Positions 63,236-64,000 of a stretch of 64,000 nt of DNA are shown here, in pieces. Both the position numbers and the translations under genes were made by a program. How positions within the stretch are numbered: the first letter of the stretch is position 1; the number at the start of each line of letters is the position of its first letter. This DNA comes from Chiloscyllium plagiosum (Eukaryota), in contig NC_057757.1 in the NCBI RefSeq assembly GCF_004010195.1, forward strand, positions 7,623,198 through 7,687,197, written 5' to 3'. The notes beneath the pieces are model-generated. The model searched no databases. It saw only the letters and a list, made by a program, of their open reading frames with translations, and was not told the origin of the DNA.

Positions 63236-63539
63236 GAGATGGCGAATACTAAATACTCTGAGACCCATAGAGGGATATAATTTCACATCATCTTAGTCCC
63301 AGATAAGTTGCCCCTTATCCTGAGATCCTGTCATCATGTTTTGGATTCCCAGATCAACAGAAATAATTTCTCAGCATCGGCCCTATAAAGCTCTTTCCAC
63401 TCAGAAGCTTTTGCTCCTCAAACAAATCACTTCTCCATTTCCTGAGACTCAAGAATATCGATTAAATCTATTCACAAATGCAGCAAGGGACACTCAGATG
63501 CAAAACAGTGAAATATTTGTGTATTATTCATTGATAGGT

Positions 63540-64000
63540 AACAGACATTGCTGGGTGGGCCATCATTTATTGCCCATACACTGTTGTTCTGGACAAGGTG
63601 GTTGTGTGCTGCCCACGCAGCAGGATTACCCACAATAATGCTAGGGAATGAAAGGCCGGCTATTCATCAAGTGACACCCGCGAGACTGAGATATATTTCC
63701 CAGTCAAGATGGTCATTGACTTTATGTGTAATTTGCAGGGTTAGTGTTTCCATAGATCAGTTGACCTTGCGACTTCAGATGATCAAGGCTTGAAAGGTGC
63801 TGTCGAATCAACTTTGATAAATGCCTGCAATGTATCTTGTAGCTGGAACACACTGCCTCCATTGAGGGTTGATATTGGAAGTAGTGAATGTTGTGGATGT
63901 CGTGGCAAACAGGCTGGACTACACATGTACCCTTTCTTATACATGGGCAGCACAGCTGTTCTTGATATGGTCTCAGCTACGTTTTGGCAATACGAATTCA
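63540..64000 (-). mobile_element. Old non-LTR 3' end
   Basis: catttattgcccat motif shared with 55700 and 37930. Confidence 0.55.

Noticed and set aside
37000..64000. Exons of a neighbouring gene (for example MARCHF11 or RETREG1, the human neighbours)
   Set aside because: No recognisable exon found; small exons could have been missed by eye.

Overview
Vertebrate genomic DNA, almost certainly from a shark or other elasmobranch, judged from its HE1-type SINEs, HER1/CR1 LINEs and Penelope-like elements. There are three assembly gaps. The one clear protein-coding gene is ZNF622 (yeast Rei1/Reh1-type C2H2 pre-60S maturation factor) on the + strand. It has six coding exons (16265-35389; 1401 nt, 466 aa), all with GT-AG boundaries and consistent phases, and a probable non-coding first exon in a CpG-rich promoter at about 8.0-8.35 kb. 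Most of the rest is nested transposon debris: CR1, Penelope-like elements (PLEs) of several families carrying hammerhead ribozyme motifs, Tx1, Rex/Babar-like, Gypsy, a Harbinger-type Myb/SANT remnant, SINEs and MITEs. Several minisatellites have arisen from internal pieces of these elements. I found no wholly new system. The most interesting items are the PLE hammerheads and fold-back insertions inside ZNF622 introns, a SINE-internal VNTR abutting an ETS-CRE promoter, the TE-born tandem repeats, and nested insertions resolved by target-site duplications (TSDs). Family names come from recalled motifs, not from database searches.
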